From IMG/VR virus record IMGVR_UViG_3300044551_000092, positions 32,001-96,000 of that record: DNA of 64,000 bases. One strand, 5' to 3'. Positions 27,547-36,039 of the stretch are shown piece after piece; the stretch's first letter is position 1; the number at the start of each line of letters is the position of its first letter. This DNA comes from a virus. Taxonomy: Duplodnaviria; Caudoviricetes. Under the pieces are notes generated by a model. It was not told the origin of the DNA, made no database searches, and saw nothing but the letters and a program-made list of their open reading frames with translations. Both the position numbers and the translations under genes were made by a program.

Positions 27547-28029
27547 TTAGCGTGCGAATTTCAGGAACGGGACAAAGTAACCAACGACGCGAAGAACCAC
27601 ATAGGTGTTAATCACCGCATAACCGATGAGTAAAGCCCATCCAAGTGTGCCACTCACAGACATCAGTAATGCGTCAATGAGCAGGGTAAGGGCATTGAAT
27701 GCCACCCATGACCCGCCGCCAACCAGTGCCACGCCAACACGCTGTACCTTGTTTAGATTTGCATTGTCAATCTTGGTTAGCGTTCCATCAATAAACCGAT
27801 CCAGTTTCTTTTTCATGTCAGTAGCAAAGTGATACAGTTTGATAAAGCCGTCTTTGATCTTACCGACAAGATGGCCAGCTTTGCTCAGGATGTCTTTCTT
27901 TGCTGCTTCAAACGTTCCGTTGTCTGTCTGTGCCATCTCAATTACTGCCGTTTCATTCATTTGAGATTCCTCTCGTGTTTTGTTTTCATTTGACATAGAG
28001 CTTTGACCTTGAGACTGTTTGTTTTGCAT
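27547..28029 (-). CDS. membrane protein, first gene of the leftward arm
   Basis: C-terminal TM segments; SD AAAGGAG. Confidence 0.75.
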   Translation of the reverse strand: MQNKQSQGQSSMSNENKTREESQMNETAVIEMAQTDNGTFEAAKKDILSKAGHLVGKIKDGFIKLYHFATDMKKKLDRFIDGTLTKIDNANLNKVQRVGVALVGGGSWVAFNALTLLIDALLMSVSGTLGWALLIGYAVINTYVVLRVVGYFVPFLKFAR

Positions 28030-28411
28030 CGTGAAACTCCTTTCGATTGCACTTTCATGGCTGAGTGCGAACCAAGTTTGTGAGTTTGTTGATGGGGTGG
28101 GGCACCGAACGCTGCCAAAACCATCAACAAACTACACTAGGTACCTCCCGCAATTTTTTATAAAAATTGTTCTGCAATAAGTGATTTTCCTAAAATAGCC
28201 ATCAAGCAAATCATTCTGTGTTAAGTTTATGGCGATTAATCTTTAGAAAATAAAATAAGATGATCGTGTTGATTTGCCCTTTTATAAGTCACTAATTGTA
28301 GAATAAAGATAATAAATTTTCTAAAAATAAAGCACAAATTATCAAAAGTATGATAAAATTGTTTTGTGTTCATATTGCGTTACATTTATCTAAAGAAATG
28401 GGGAAGGTATT

Positions 28412-28849
28412 TTGATTGAATGGATAGACTGCCCCAAGGGAGGTCATAAAATAAAAGAGACAGCAAGTTTGAGTTATCTTCATGGTCTCTGGTTCGGGAC
28501 TCGCTGGTCTTACATTTTTGAGAATTATGAATATGCACATGTGGGGGTTGACCGTAAAGAAGACAAGATTATTATTAATCTAGTTAAAGATTTGTCAGAG
28601 GTAAAAAATCAAAGCAGCATAGTTCTACTCAGAAAAAACATTCGAGAATTTAGGCGATTTCCTTTTCCAGGAAGAGGACGCCGGACAACGAAGTCTGATT
28701 TAATGTCTGTATATGTTGGCCCAAATAGGTTAGGAAAAGCAATATTTTCTATGTTGTCTCTAAAAATAGCAAAGAAATACAATCCATGTATTACGTGGGA
28801 TGAAAAAGAAAGAACACTCACTTTATCTGTTGATCGATCTAATGAATAA
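28412..28849 (+). CDS. hypothetical protein, similar to 28980..29381
   Basis: SD upstream; shared N-terminal WxD and C-terminal TW....TL. Confidence 0.65.
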   Translation: MIEWIDCPKGGHKIKETASLSYLHGLWFGTRWSYIFENYEYAHVGVDRKEDKIIINLVKDLSEVKNQSSIVLLRKNIREFRRFPFPGRGRRTTKSDLMSVYVGPNRLGKAIFSMLSLKIAKKYNPCITWDEKERTLTLSVDRSNE

Positions 28850-28979
28850 TCAACTTGATCAAATTAACAGTTAGAAATAAAGAGGGTGTGGTCTTAGAAT
28901 GCTTTTTCCTGCTGACTGAGAAACGAAAGATGTTTCACGATTAATCTAAAATTTAGTAAAACAGAGGAGTGGATAGTAC

Positions 28980-29381
28980 ATGGTTTGGTTAGATCAACAA
29001 GTTGCGGAGCGAAAAGAGAGCAAGGTTGGGCAATGGCAGCTAAAGAATTATCAAGCCTCTATTTCTAAAAGAACGTTACGGTTTTCAGCCACGCTGACTC
29101 AAGCGTTAGACGGATACCGGTACGTTGAGGATGTTAGAATGGACCCGGATAAAGGATTAATTACCATTCGTTTAAATCAGTCGGATCGGGCTGGTTATCA
29201 ATATGTCTTATCGGTTATTCATGCGGATGACCGCCAAGACCGCTTTTGCATCAACAATGCCGAGTTGATACATACCTTAAAGCGGTTATTTCCGCAACTT
29301 CAAAAGTTTAGTCACCGTATGCAGGCGACTTGGAAGGCCAGACGTCATACGTTGATTATTGACACACTGACTGGGCGATAA
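28980..29381 (+). CDS. hypothetical protein, similar to 28412..28849
   Basis: SD GAGGAG. Confidence 0.65.
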   Translation: MVWLDQQVAERKESKVGQWQLKNYQASISKRTLRFSATLTQALDGYRYVEDVRMDPDKGLITIRLNQSDRAGYQYVLSVIHADDRQDRFCINNAELIHTLKRLFPQLQKFSHRMQATWKARRHTLIIDTLTGR

Positions 29382-29382
29382 C

Positions 29383-29829
29383 ATGGTTGAATTAATCTCT
29401 CAATATCTTAGATACGCAAAAAAGGTTAAGGGTGTCTATATCCTGAGAGTTCCCGTTGATCTAGACTACATGACGGTAAAAGGAATTAAACAGGTTTGGG
29501 ACGAGATGGTAAAGAAGAAAAAAATTAAAGAGCCGCTGATGATTATACCGACGACAAGTCAATTAACTTATATTGATTCGTTTAGCTTTTCACAAGCAAT
29601 GAAACTGGTGATCAGTGGGGCGTTGGTTACACGTAAACACTGGAACACAAAGGCTTTTGTCTATAAAAAGAAACAATACGATGATACGAACAGTGACGAA
29701 TACCTTAATTTTTATGATGGGAATGGGCAAAGCCATATTTATTGTCCCACGATTGATGATTTACAGGCTCAGGATTGGTCAATCAGTTCAATGGATAAGG
29801 CTACAAGCATATCACCAGAAAACAGGTGA
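29383..29829 (+). CDS. DUF2829/Tad2-like nucleotide-sponge domain with N-terminal extension
   Basis: FSQAMK...G..VTRKHWN...YCPTIDDLQAQDW. Confidence 0.7.
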   Translation: MVELISQYLRYAKKVKGVYILRVPVDLDYMTVKGIKQVWDEMVKKKKIKEPLMIIPTTSQLTYIDSFSFSQAMKLVISGALVTRKHWNTKAFVYKKKQYDDTNSDEYLNFYDGNGQSHIYCPTIDDLQAQDWSISSMDKATSISPENR

Positions 29830-29833
29830 TTCG

Positions 29834-30043
29834 ATGAAACAGTATTATTATTCCGCCGACACAGGCTGTCCCGAATTAAGCAATCAGTTACTCGGACCGA
29901 TAAGCCAAAATGATTTAGAGGCATTGCGTGTTCACTTTAATGAAACGCACAATATCCGCTACTTTAAGAAGAATTGGGGACAATGGATCGAATTGTATGC
30001 TAAAAAAATAGTCATTTTTCAGAAAGTCGATCAACTCAGCTGA
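29834..30043 (+). CDS. hypothetical protein (MKQYYY...)
   Basis: SD AGGTGA before ATG 29834. Confidence 0.55.
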   Translation: MKQYYYSADTGCPELSNQLLGPISQNDLEALRVHFNETHNIRYFKKNWGQWIELYAKKIVIFQKVDQLS

Positions 30044-30057
30044 AAGAGGAATGAATT

Positions 30058-30315
30058 ATGAATGGGCGAATACCAAGTCCGATGCGACGGAAGATTATGC
30101 ATCTTCGATTTGTAGAACAGGTTAAGGGAATTTATCTCTACATTAAAGATTCTAAAGATCCGGTAGCCAAGCGACAAATTTTAGAAGAATTTAGTTATTT
30201 AAGCGATAGTTCACTTACGAATTATCTAAAGAACATGGTGGATGTAAACATTATTACTCGAATTAAACGCGGTTACTATACTGTGACGCCGAGTAATCGA
30301 AAAGTGAAATACTAA
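30058..30315 (+). CDS. winged-HTH-like DNA-binding protein
   Basis: SLTNYLKNMV...IITRIKRGYY. Confidence 0.6.
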   Translation: MNGRIPSPMRRKIMHLRFVEQVKGIYLYIKDSKDPVAKRQILEEFSYLSDSSLTNYLKNMVDVNIITRIKRGYYTVTPSNRKVKY

Positions 30316-30331
30316 AAGCGGGGAGAAAATA

Positions 30332-30670
30332 ATGACAAAAACAGGGCAAGAACAGTTTGATCAAGCGGCGGCGCTGGTCAATTATGTGAATCATTATGAG
30401 CATGACATCTATGAGAACAGTGGTAATAGCTATGCGGACTTCTTTTTACATGGACTTGCCAGTACGCTATATAACAAAGAAAATCTGGAGCGACGGATTG
30501 AACAGCTGACAAGGGACTTAGCCCAAATGGTTCATAGCAAAGAAATTGTTGAAAAAAACATTGCTCAATTTAAAGAGCAGTTTGAAAATGTACTGACGCC
30601 TGCCGACTGGGATCAATTGATAAAACAAAAATGGGCTGAGCTTAAAAAAGGGAAAAATAAAACAACTTGA
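30332..30670 (+). CDS. hypothetical coiled-coil protein
   Basis: ORF with SD. Confidence 0.65.
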   Translation: MTKTGQEQFDQAAALVNYVNHYEHDIYENSGNSYADFFLHGLASTLYNKENLERRIEQLTRDLAQMVHSKEIVEKNIAQFKEQFENVLTPADWDQLIKQKWAELKKGKNKTT

Positions 30671-30705
30671 GAACTTTAAAATGAGAAAAAGAAGAGGTGA
30701 TTTAG

Positions 30706-30834
30706 TTGGAGCAACAGGAAATCGATAAAACAGTCAATCATGTACTTGAGCTTCTTCCTGAGACATTTGATAAGTCAAAAAGTTCAAACACACGAATATT
30801 GATTTCGGCGATTGTAACGGCATTAAAACAGTAA
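30706..30834 (+). CDS. small hypothetical protein (42 aa)
   Basis: SD GAGGTGA, TTG start, MEQQEIDKTVNHVLELLP... Confidence 0.45.
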   Translation: MEQQEIDKTVNHVLELLPETFDKSKSSNTRILISAIVTALKQ

Positions 30835-30854
30835 GAAATGAATGAATTAGTATT

Positions 30855-31214
30855 GTGAGGGGGACTTACTTTATGATGGGAATCATTGAAGTTGCAAAAG
30901 CGTGTCATCAGGTTAATAAAGCATATTGCGAAGCGTTAGGCGATCATTCACAAGTGGTTTGGGAAGACGCAAGCGAGGGGCAGAAGGCCAGCGTGATTGA
31001 CGGGGTACGGCTGATTTTGGATCACCCGGACACAACGCCGGAAGAAGCACATGAAAACTGGCGAAAATGGAAGATAGCGGATGGCTGGACTTATGGCAAG
31101 GTGAAAGATGAGAAAAAGAAGACGCATCCGGATATGGTGCCGTTCGATCAGCTGCCGGTCGAACAACGGGCCAAAGATTTTATTTTTAATGCAGTCGTTC
31201 ATATCTTTATGTGA
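30855..31214 (+). CDS. RyR-domain protein
   Basis: AHENW...DGWTYG..KD..KKTHPDMVPFDQLP.EQRAKD. Confidence 0.85.
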   Translation: MRGTYFMMGIIEVAKACHQVNKAYCEALGDHSQVVWEDASEGQKASVIDGVRLILDHPDTTPEEAHENWRKWKIADGWTYGKVKDEKKKTHPDMVPFDQLPVEQRAKDFIFNAVVHIFM

Positions 31215-31837
31215 GGATTTTGTTTATGTCAGCCAGCAAAGAGGAACTGCTTAAGCGGATTAGCTGTATTATTAAAAAGCAATATGATTCCTTGATTATT
31301 CTAAAAGTTAGTAACCATTCAGTGTTGATGCTTAACGTCATTCGGAATGTCTATGGCTATTCTCGTCAGTCCATTGCGTCGGCTGAGGAAAAGATCAACG
31401 AGCTGCTTGATTTCTATGACGATTCACTTTGCTGCAGATTCAGTAACGGCTCAACGATAAATATTGTAGATTATGAGCTATGTAGCCATAAGGACGAGGC
31501 AATGATAGAAAGAAAACTTATTAGAAAATATCAACGAGAAAAAAGAGGAACTAAATGCATGAAAATGAGTATTAGAAATTTAGAAAACTGCTTCAATGGA
31601 GCAATGGAACAAGAACATACTTATATTGCTGTGGCTGTAAAAATTAAAGATGCAGGAGTTCCGGAGTTTATCATCAACCACCTGTCTAATTTCAAAGCTA
31701 AGTTGGATTACTATAAAGCGCATTATACAAAGGATTTAAAATTAAGGACTTCACAGGATATCCGCATTGTCGCTTTTGCTTTTGGTGATAGTTTTAAAGA
31801 ACTTGAAGATAAGCTGATAAATCAGATTGTGAGATAA
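31211..31837 (+). CDS. hypothetical protein; C-terminal domain may also be translated from an internal ATG near 31559
   Basis: Internal SD AAGAGGA; EFIIN..NF..KLDYY...Y..DL.L motif. Confidence 0.55.
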   Translation: MRILFMSASKEELLKRISCIIKKQYDSLIILKVSNHSVLMLNVIRNVYGYSRQSIASAEEKINELLDFYDDSLCCRFSNGSTINIVDYELCSHKDEAMIERKLIRKYQREKRGTKCMKMSIRNLENCFNGAMEQEHTYIAVAVKIKDAGVPEFIINHLSNFKAKLDYYKAHYTKDLKLRTSQDIRIVAFAFGDSFKELEDKLINQIVR

Positions 31838-31843
31838 TCTAAG

Positions 31844-31882
31844 AGGAGTAATATCTAAAAATTATAGGTATTACTCTTTTTT
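31844..31882 (+). terminator. intrinsic terminator
   Basis: GGAGTAATATCTA / TAGGTATTACTC followed by a T run. Confidence 0.6.
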
Positions 31883-31895
31883 CGCTTGAATATGC

Positions 31896-31927
31896 TTGAT
31901 AATTCCGCATATTTAGTATATTATAAT
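31896..31927 (+). promoter_or_regulatory. sigmaA-like promoter ahead of the tRNA region
   Basis: TTGATA-17-TATTAT (overlapping TATAAT). Confidence 0.5.
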
Positions 31928-31939
31928 AATATAAAACAC

Positions 31940-32051
31940 AGGGAAACGGAAAAAGCAGAAAAATCTCCGACTGTCTGTCTATGATATGGAATCATCTAAC
32001 TTTCATCGCTTTATATTCTGGATTTTTACCGGTTCGACTCCGGCATCCCTG
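31940..32051 (+). ncRNA. degenerate tRNA-like element
   Basis: T-arm CCGG-TTCGACT-CCGG and AGGGA/TCCCT acceptor-like ends; no recognisable anticodon arm. Confidence 0.4.
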
Positions 32052-32098
32052 CTTAGCATTAAAGTAAACACAATGAAATACAAGGAGAGGAATAGGCA

Positions 32099-32638
32099 AT
32101 GATAACTAGGCAACTGAGCAAAGGCACTGTAGCGGTAAACGGTAAAGGCTTCGGTCTCGGTAAAGGCAAACGCATAACTGCATATGGGAGTATGAGTAAG
32201 AACCTCATGTACTATTTGTTTGATTTAGGACAGTTAATAATTGACAGTAAGGACAAATTGAAAGTGTTTAAGAATGAGATTGGCAATATCATGAGGAAAC
32301 ATGAAGAAAATATGGATAAGGTAAACTTTGAAAATAGCAATGATGAAAAACTCGCTACTCTTCATGAATTGGGATTAGACCTTTTTCTGTTTAGATATAA
32401 TAACGAGAAAGATATATATACTTATTTTAAAAATACTAAAGAAAGAAAAATATCGCATGAGACAGTGTTAGAAGATGTAGCAGAATTATTAAATTTCATG
32501 TTTCATGGCGATGAAACCACAGTGTGCGGTTTTCTGCAACGCGCTTATAGAGTCGCTGATATTGAATATCAAGCGCATTATGGAAAAAGGAATAAAATTA
32601 GTAATTATACGGCAACGGGTAAAATAGAACTCTCATAA
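32099..32638 (+). CDS. hypothetical protein
   Basis: ORF with SD AGGAGAGG. Confidence 0.65.
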   Translation: MITRQLSKGTVAVNGKGFGLGKGKRITAYGSMSKNLMYYLFDLGQLIIDSKDKLKVFKNEIGNIMRKHEENMDKVNFENSNDEKLATLHELGLDLFLFRYNNEKDIYTYFKNTKERKISHETVLEDVAELLNFMFHGDETTVCGFLQRAYRVADIEYQAHYGKRNKISNYTATGKIELS

Positions 32639-32646
32639 GAATGTTT

Positions 32647-32732
32647 GCCGGTGTGATGGAATGGGTAGACATACTGGACTTAAAATCCAGGGGCAGGTTT
32701 CTGCCGTGCGGGTTCGACTCCCGCCACCGGTA
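32647..32732 (+). tRNA. tRNA-Leu(TAA)
   Basis: Cloverleaf; CTGGA-CT-TAA-AA-TCCAG; long variable arm; GGTTCGACTCC. Confidence 0.93.
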
Positions 32733-32830
32733 TTAGCCTCCATTTTTTGGTTCACCTGCCGGGAGGTTTATGTCAAATGCAAATATATTTTTCGTGTCGC
32801 TGTATCTTGTGGAGCAAAACTCCACATAAT

Positions 32831-32902
32831 TGAGGACTAGCTTAATGGTAAAGCGGTCGGCTGTTAACCGAATGAGTGCAGGTTCGATCCCTGTGTCCTC
32901 AG
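32831..32902 (+). tRNA. tRNA-Asn(GTT)
   Basis: TCGG-CT-GTT-AA-CCGA; TGAGGAC/GTCCTCA acceptor. Confidence 0.9.
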
Positions 32903-32942
32903 CTATTGAACTTTGAAAATTAAAAAGTCGTATCTAGTAAAA

Positions 32943-33361
32943 ATGCGGTGGCTGAATAATCCTATGGCAAGGATAAGGCACTGTCTATCATGACTTGGTA
33001 AAGTGGGTACAAACCATGACGGTGTCTCACAACTGAGTTTGAGTCCTAGTAAGGGCAACGACAGATAGGTGCTGATCGCTGGGAAGCAAAAGGCAGGCCA
33101 GCTGCTCGTTAGTGAAGCCGACTGGGGCTATGATGGTCGTCCCGGAAAGAACCATCTAAAACTATGCGTGTAGTTGATGCATGAAAATGCTATAAGAGAT
33201 GCTGGCTGTAAAAGTAGCGCAAATCTACACATAATTATATTTTTCTAAATAACATTCTTCCATGCCGCGTGAAATTTGGTGGTAACCAATCCATCCACAG
33301 CTTGCCAAGTATTGGCGGAGAGGGCGGTCGCTCCCCTTTGAGAGCTAATATTTCTGTGTGG
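32943..33361 (+). ncRNA. large structured ncRNA in the tRNA array (GOLLD/ROOL-like candidate)
   Basis: ORF-free; long-range pairings 32943/33270 and 32978/33072; multi-hairpin 3' domain. Confidence 0.55.
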
Positions 33362-33409
33362 TTGAAAATTGCGCTCAGCGATTCAGTTGGAAGTGGAATC
33401 TTCCTCGTA

Positions 33410-33495
33410 TTTTTAGTAGGTATGACTTGAACACGTCGGCTTTGAAAACCGATAAGCTCTTATGGGCTTCAAGGGTCCGAATCCTTTGCTCTCTG
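33410..33495 (+). pseudogene. degenerate tRNA-Ser(TGA)
   Basis: TCGG-C-TT-TGA-AA-A-CCGA, long variable arm, T-arm variant; 5' acceptor strand does not pair. Confidence 0.55.
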
Positions 33496-33500
33496 TATGG

Positions 33501-33573
33501 GGGACATTCGTATAACGGTTTATTACATCTGGTTGTCAGCCAGGGAAAGAGAGTTCAATTCTCTCATGTCCCG
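33501..33573 (+). tRNA. tRNA-Asp(GTC)
   Basis: GGGACAT/ATGTCCC acceptor; CTGG-TT-GTC-AG-CCAG. Confidence 0.85.
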
Positions 33574-33621
33574 TTTGTATCTACAAAGTGAGAATAAAAT
33601 TGCAAGAAAGAGGTATTTTTA

Positions 33622-33792
33622 ATGGGGAAATACATTGTCATTGTCACAAATAATTATCATCCGATCAATCTACTTCGCTATGATAATGAATCATTACAAG
33701 AAAAAGCTTATCAGCATTATAAAGAAAAAGGGTATGGCGTCATCAAAGCCGTGATTGAAAAGGCTCATGAATTAAATATTGTTACGGTATGA
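33622..33792 (+). CDS. small hypothetical protein (56 aa) within the tRNA array
   Basis: SD GAGGT; MGKYIVIVTNNYHPINLLRY... Confidence 0.6.
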   Translation: MGKYIVIVTNNYHPINLLRYDNESLQEKAYQHYKEKGYGVIKAVIEKAHELNIVTV

Positions 33793-33802
33793 CTTTTTAA
33801 GA

Positions 33803-33873
33803 TTCCCCGTGGCCAAATGGTAAGGCAACGGTTTTTGGGACCGTGAGTGCTGGTTCGATCCCAACCGGGGAAA
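33803..33873 (+). tRNA. tRNA-Gln(TTG)
   Basis: ACGGT-TT-TTG-GG-ACCGT; TTCCCCG/CGGGGAA acceptor. Confidence 0.88.
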
Positions 33874-33874
33874 T

Positions 33875-34021
33875 AAGACAGTGGTGTAACCTGCAGATAC
33901 TGATTTATACGCGAATACTAGTTAAGTCGGTAGATCGGTTCTAGCAAGTGAGAAGGGTAGCTCCTTTCAATAAGCATAAGTGGCGGATGCCTGGGTTCAG
34001 GTGAAAGTCCTGACTGTCTTA
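33875..34021 (+). ncRNA. tRNA-like RNA with a roughly 80-nt insertion
   Basis: AAGACAG/CTGTCTT acceptor, TCAGG-TGAAAGT-CCTGA T-arm, internal hairpins. Confidence 0.55.
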
Positions 34022-34025
34022 ATTT

Positions 34026-34098
34026 CAGGATAAAGTGTTACTTGGCTGCACGCCGCGCCTGGGACGCGGTAGTCAGAGTTCAAATCTCTGTGTCCTGA
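34026..34098 (+). tRNA. tRNA-Pro(TGG), with C at position 33
   Basis: CCGCG-CC-TGG-GA-CGCGG; CAGGATA/TGTCCTG acceptor. Confidence 0.8.
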
Positions 34099-34102
34099 TT
34101 AT

Positions 34103-34175
34103 GCCGGTCTAGCTCAATGGGTAGAGCGCCTGTTTTGTAATCAGGGGGTTGGGGGTTCAAGTCCTCTGACCGGCT
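34103..34175 (+). tRNA. tRNA-Thr(TGT)
   Basis: GCCGGTC/GACCGGC acceptor; TT-TGT-AA loop. Confidence 0.9.
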
Positions 34176-34324
34176 TACTGTGATCACAGTATATCCTCTT
34201 ATCTCTGACTGTTTTTCTGGAATGATCCAGCAGCTGGAAGGATAGGTTAAAAGCTTTCTGAGGACAACATAGTCCGATTTGGGGAAATACCGAAGCTACA
34301 GGTGATTAGGTATTTTTCGGATAT

Positions 34325-34407
34325 GGGAGATTCGCATAATCTGGTATTGCAGCGGACTGTAAATCCGCCGCCTTTGGGCATTCGTGGTTCAAATCCATGA
34401 TCTCCCA
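34325..34407 (+). tRNA. tRNA-Tyr(GTA)
   Basis: GCGGA-CT-GTA-AA-TCCGC; variable arm; GGGAGAT/ATCTCCC acceptor. Confidence 0.92.
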
Positions 34408-34414
34408 CTTTTAT

Positions 34415-34477
34415 GGGAAGACAGAAACTTGATGTGCTATTCAGAGCATATTGCCGGTGTGACTCCGGTTCTTCCCG
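34415..34477 (+). ncRNA. minimal D-armless tRNA-like element
   Basis: GGGAAGA/TCTTCCC acceptor, ATGTGCT-ATTCAG-AGCATAT arm, GCCGG-TGTGACT-CCGGT T-arm. Confidence 0.5.
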
Positions 34478-34595
34478 CAGTATTTCCCTCCTTTCTATTT
34501 GTGATGACCTCCAATGCTTGATCACGCTCTGCTCTCTCCCGGCGGAACGTGGTTGATCAGGACAGCACGAGTAAAAATCGGGCACTTTTATAAGT

Positions 34596-34672
34596 GCTGC
34601 CCTGTCAGAACGCAACCATAGAGTTTTCCTTTCTCCCCCATTTTCTTTATGGTTGTTTTCTGACAGGGTAGC
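34596..34672 (+). terminator. long hairpin closing the tRNA array
   Basis: GCTGCCCTGTCAGAA...TTCTGACAGGGTAGC. Confidence 0.5.
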
Positions 34673-34857
34673 TATTTATGAATGTAAGCAGGAAAAACGA
34701 GTCTTGATGGCAACATGCATCTTGACTCGTTTTTTAATCAGAATTTTAAAATATTTATTTAAAATCATCTTTCCTTCTGTATACAATATGATATAATGTA
34801 TACATAGTAAATAATCGTTACAAACTATGTCGAAATTTACAGGAGAGTGTCGAACAC

Positions 34858-36039
34858 ATGGTAGAAGGAGCCAAAACAAGAAATGTGACTACTGGTCGCA
34901 AAAAAGTCGGAACATTGCCTATTATTATCGGTCTTGATGTTGGATTTGGGAGTATGAAATACTTATCCAACTTAAAGCCAAAACCAGAAGTTATTCCAAG
35001 TGCAGTAGCCGAGGGAACAGTCAGCAGCAGTCGGCTGTTCAATTATAGTGAAATAGACACGGAACATTTAATTGTAACCACAAATGACGGGACGTATTTT
35101 GTCGGAGATTCAGCAATGTATATGCCGAATGGTGAATCAAAGCGAACAAGGATTCGAGATCGCGCAGCCGATCCGCTTAGCCGAGTCCTGTTTCAAACTG
35201 GCATTGGGCTAAGTGTGCCAGATAAAAGTGGAGAATATGACGTGTACGTTGTGACCGGTCTTCCAAATAACGACTATGAAAAAAAGATAAGAGAAAACCT
35301 TCAAGCCTTTTTAGAGAAATCATTCGAAATCAGCTTTAATTTAAGCAAGGATAATGCAATTACGAAGAAAATTAACGTCAAGGGTGTAGAAATTCTTCGT
35401 CAACCGGAAGGTACGGTAACTTATAATCAGTTCAATTTTGATCCACAGCATTTCTTAGTTGCTAGTGAAAAGGCACAGAACTATTTAGGGGTTATCGACT
35501 TTGGCCACTACACAACCGACTATGCTATGTTCCGTGATGGCGTGATCATAGAGGATAACACAGTAAATAACAGTACGGTTGGTGTAGTTCAAGTCTATGA
35601 TAAATTGCGCAGCAAATTGGAAGTATTTTTCGGTGATATGGGTGTTGAGTTTAAAGCGACTGACCGATCACTGGATGAAGTCATTCGAACCGGAAAAATC
35701 CGTTTTGCGGGTCAAGACCATGATGTCAGTGATCTTGTCCGGGAGGCCTCGGAAGAAGTGGCGGCCATCATTGGGAAGAACATTCTCGAATCATGGGGCA
35801 CTGAAGCCAACTATCTTGACGTGATTATTGCCGCTGGCGGTGGTGCTGAAGTCTTTGGTGAGATTATGAAGAAAATATTTGAAGAGAATAAACGTCAGGG
35901 CTTTGACGTGGTTCAGGCTCCGCAATTTACTAATGTCCTTGGTTTCTATATGTATGGAGTTATCTCAGCCGGAGATCGTGAAGATCAGAAAAAAGTCTAC
36001 GACACCTATGTCAAACCTGTATTTGAAATTGCGGCATAA
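34858..36039 (+). CDS. parM: ParM/StbA-family actin-like partition ATPase
   Basis: GLDVGFGSMK, VVTGLP, QPEG, VIDFGHYTTD, AGGGA. Confidence 0.9.
   Translation: MVEGAKTRNVTTGRKKVGTLPIIIGLDVGFGSMKYLSNLKPKPEVIPSAVAEGTVSSSRLFNYSEIDTEHLIVTTNDGTYFVGDSAMYMPNGESKRTRIRDRAADPLSRVLFQTGIGLSVPDKSGEYDVYVVTGLPNNDYEKKIRENLQAFLEKSFEISFNLSKDNAITKKINVKGVEILRQPEGTVTYNQFNFDPQHFLVASEKAQNYLGVIDFGHYTTDYAMFRDGVIIEDNTVNNSTVGVVQVYDKLRSKLEVFFGDMGVEFKATDRSLDEVIRTGKIRFAGQDHDVSDLVREASEEVAAIIGKNILESWGTEANYLDVIIAAGGGAEVFGEIMKKIFEENKRQGFDVVQAPQFTNVLGFYMYGVISAGDREDQKKVYDTYVKPVFEIAA

Noticed and set aside
33875-34021. tmRNA or RNase P RNA
   Set aside because: Too short, no tag reading frame or alanine-type acceptor; GAAAGTCC here is part of a T-arm
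33358-34615. ORFs 33358..33591 and 34247..34615
   Set aside because: They overlap tRNA and tRNA-like genes
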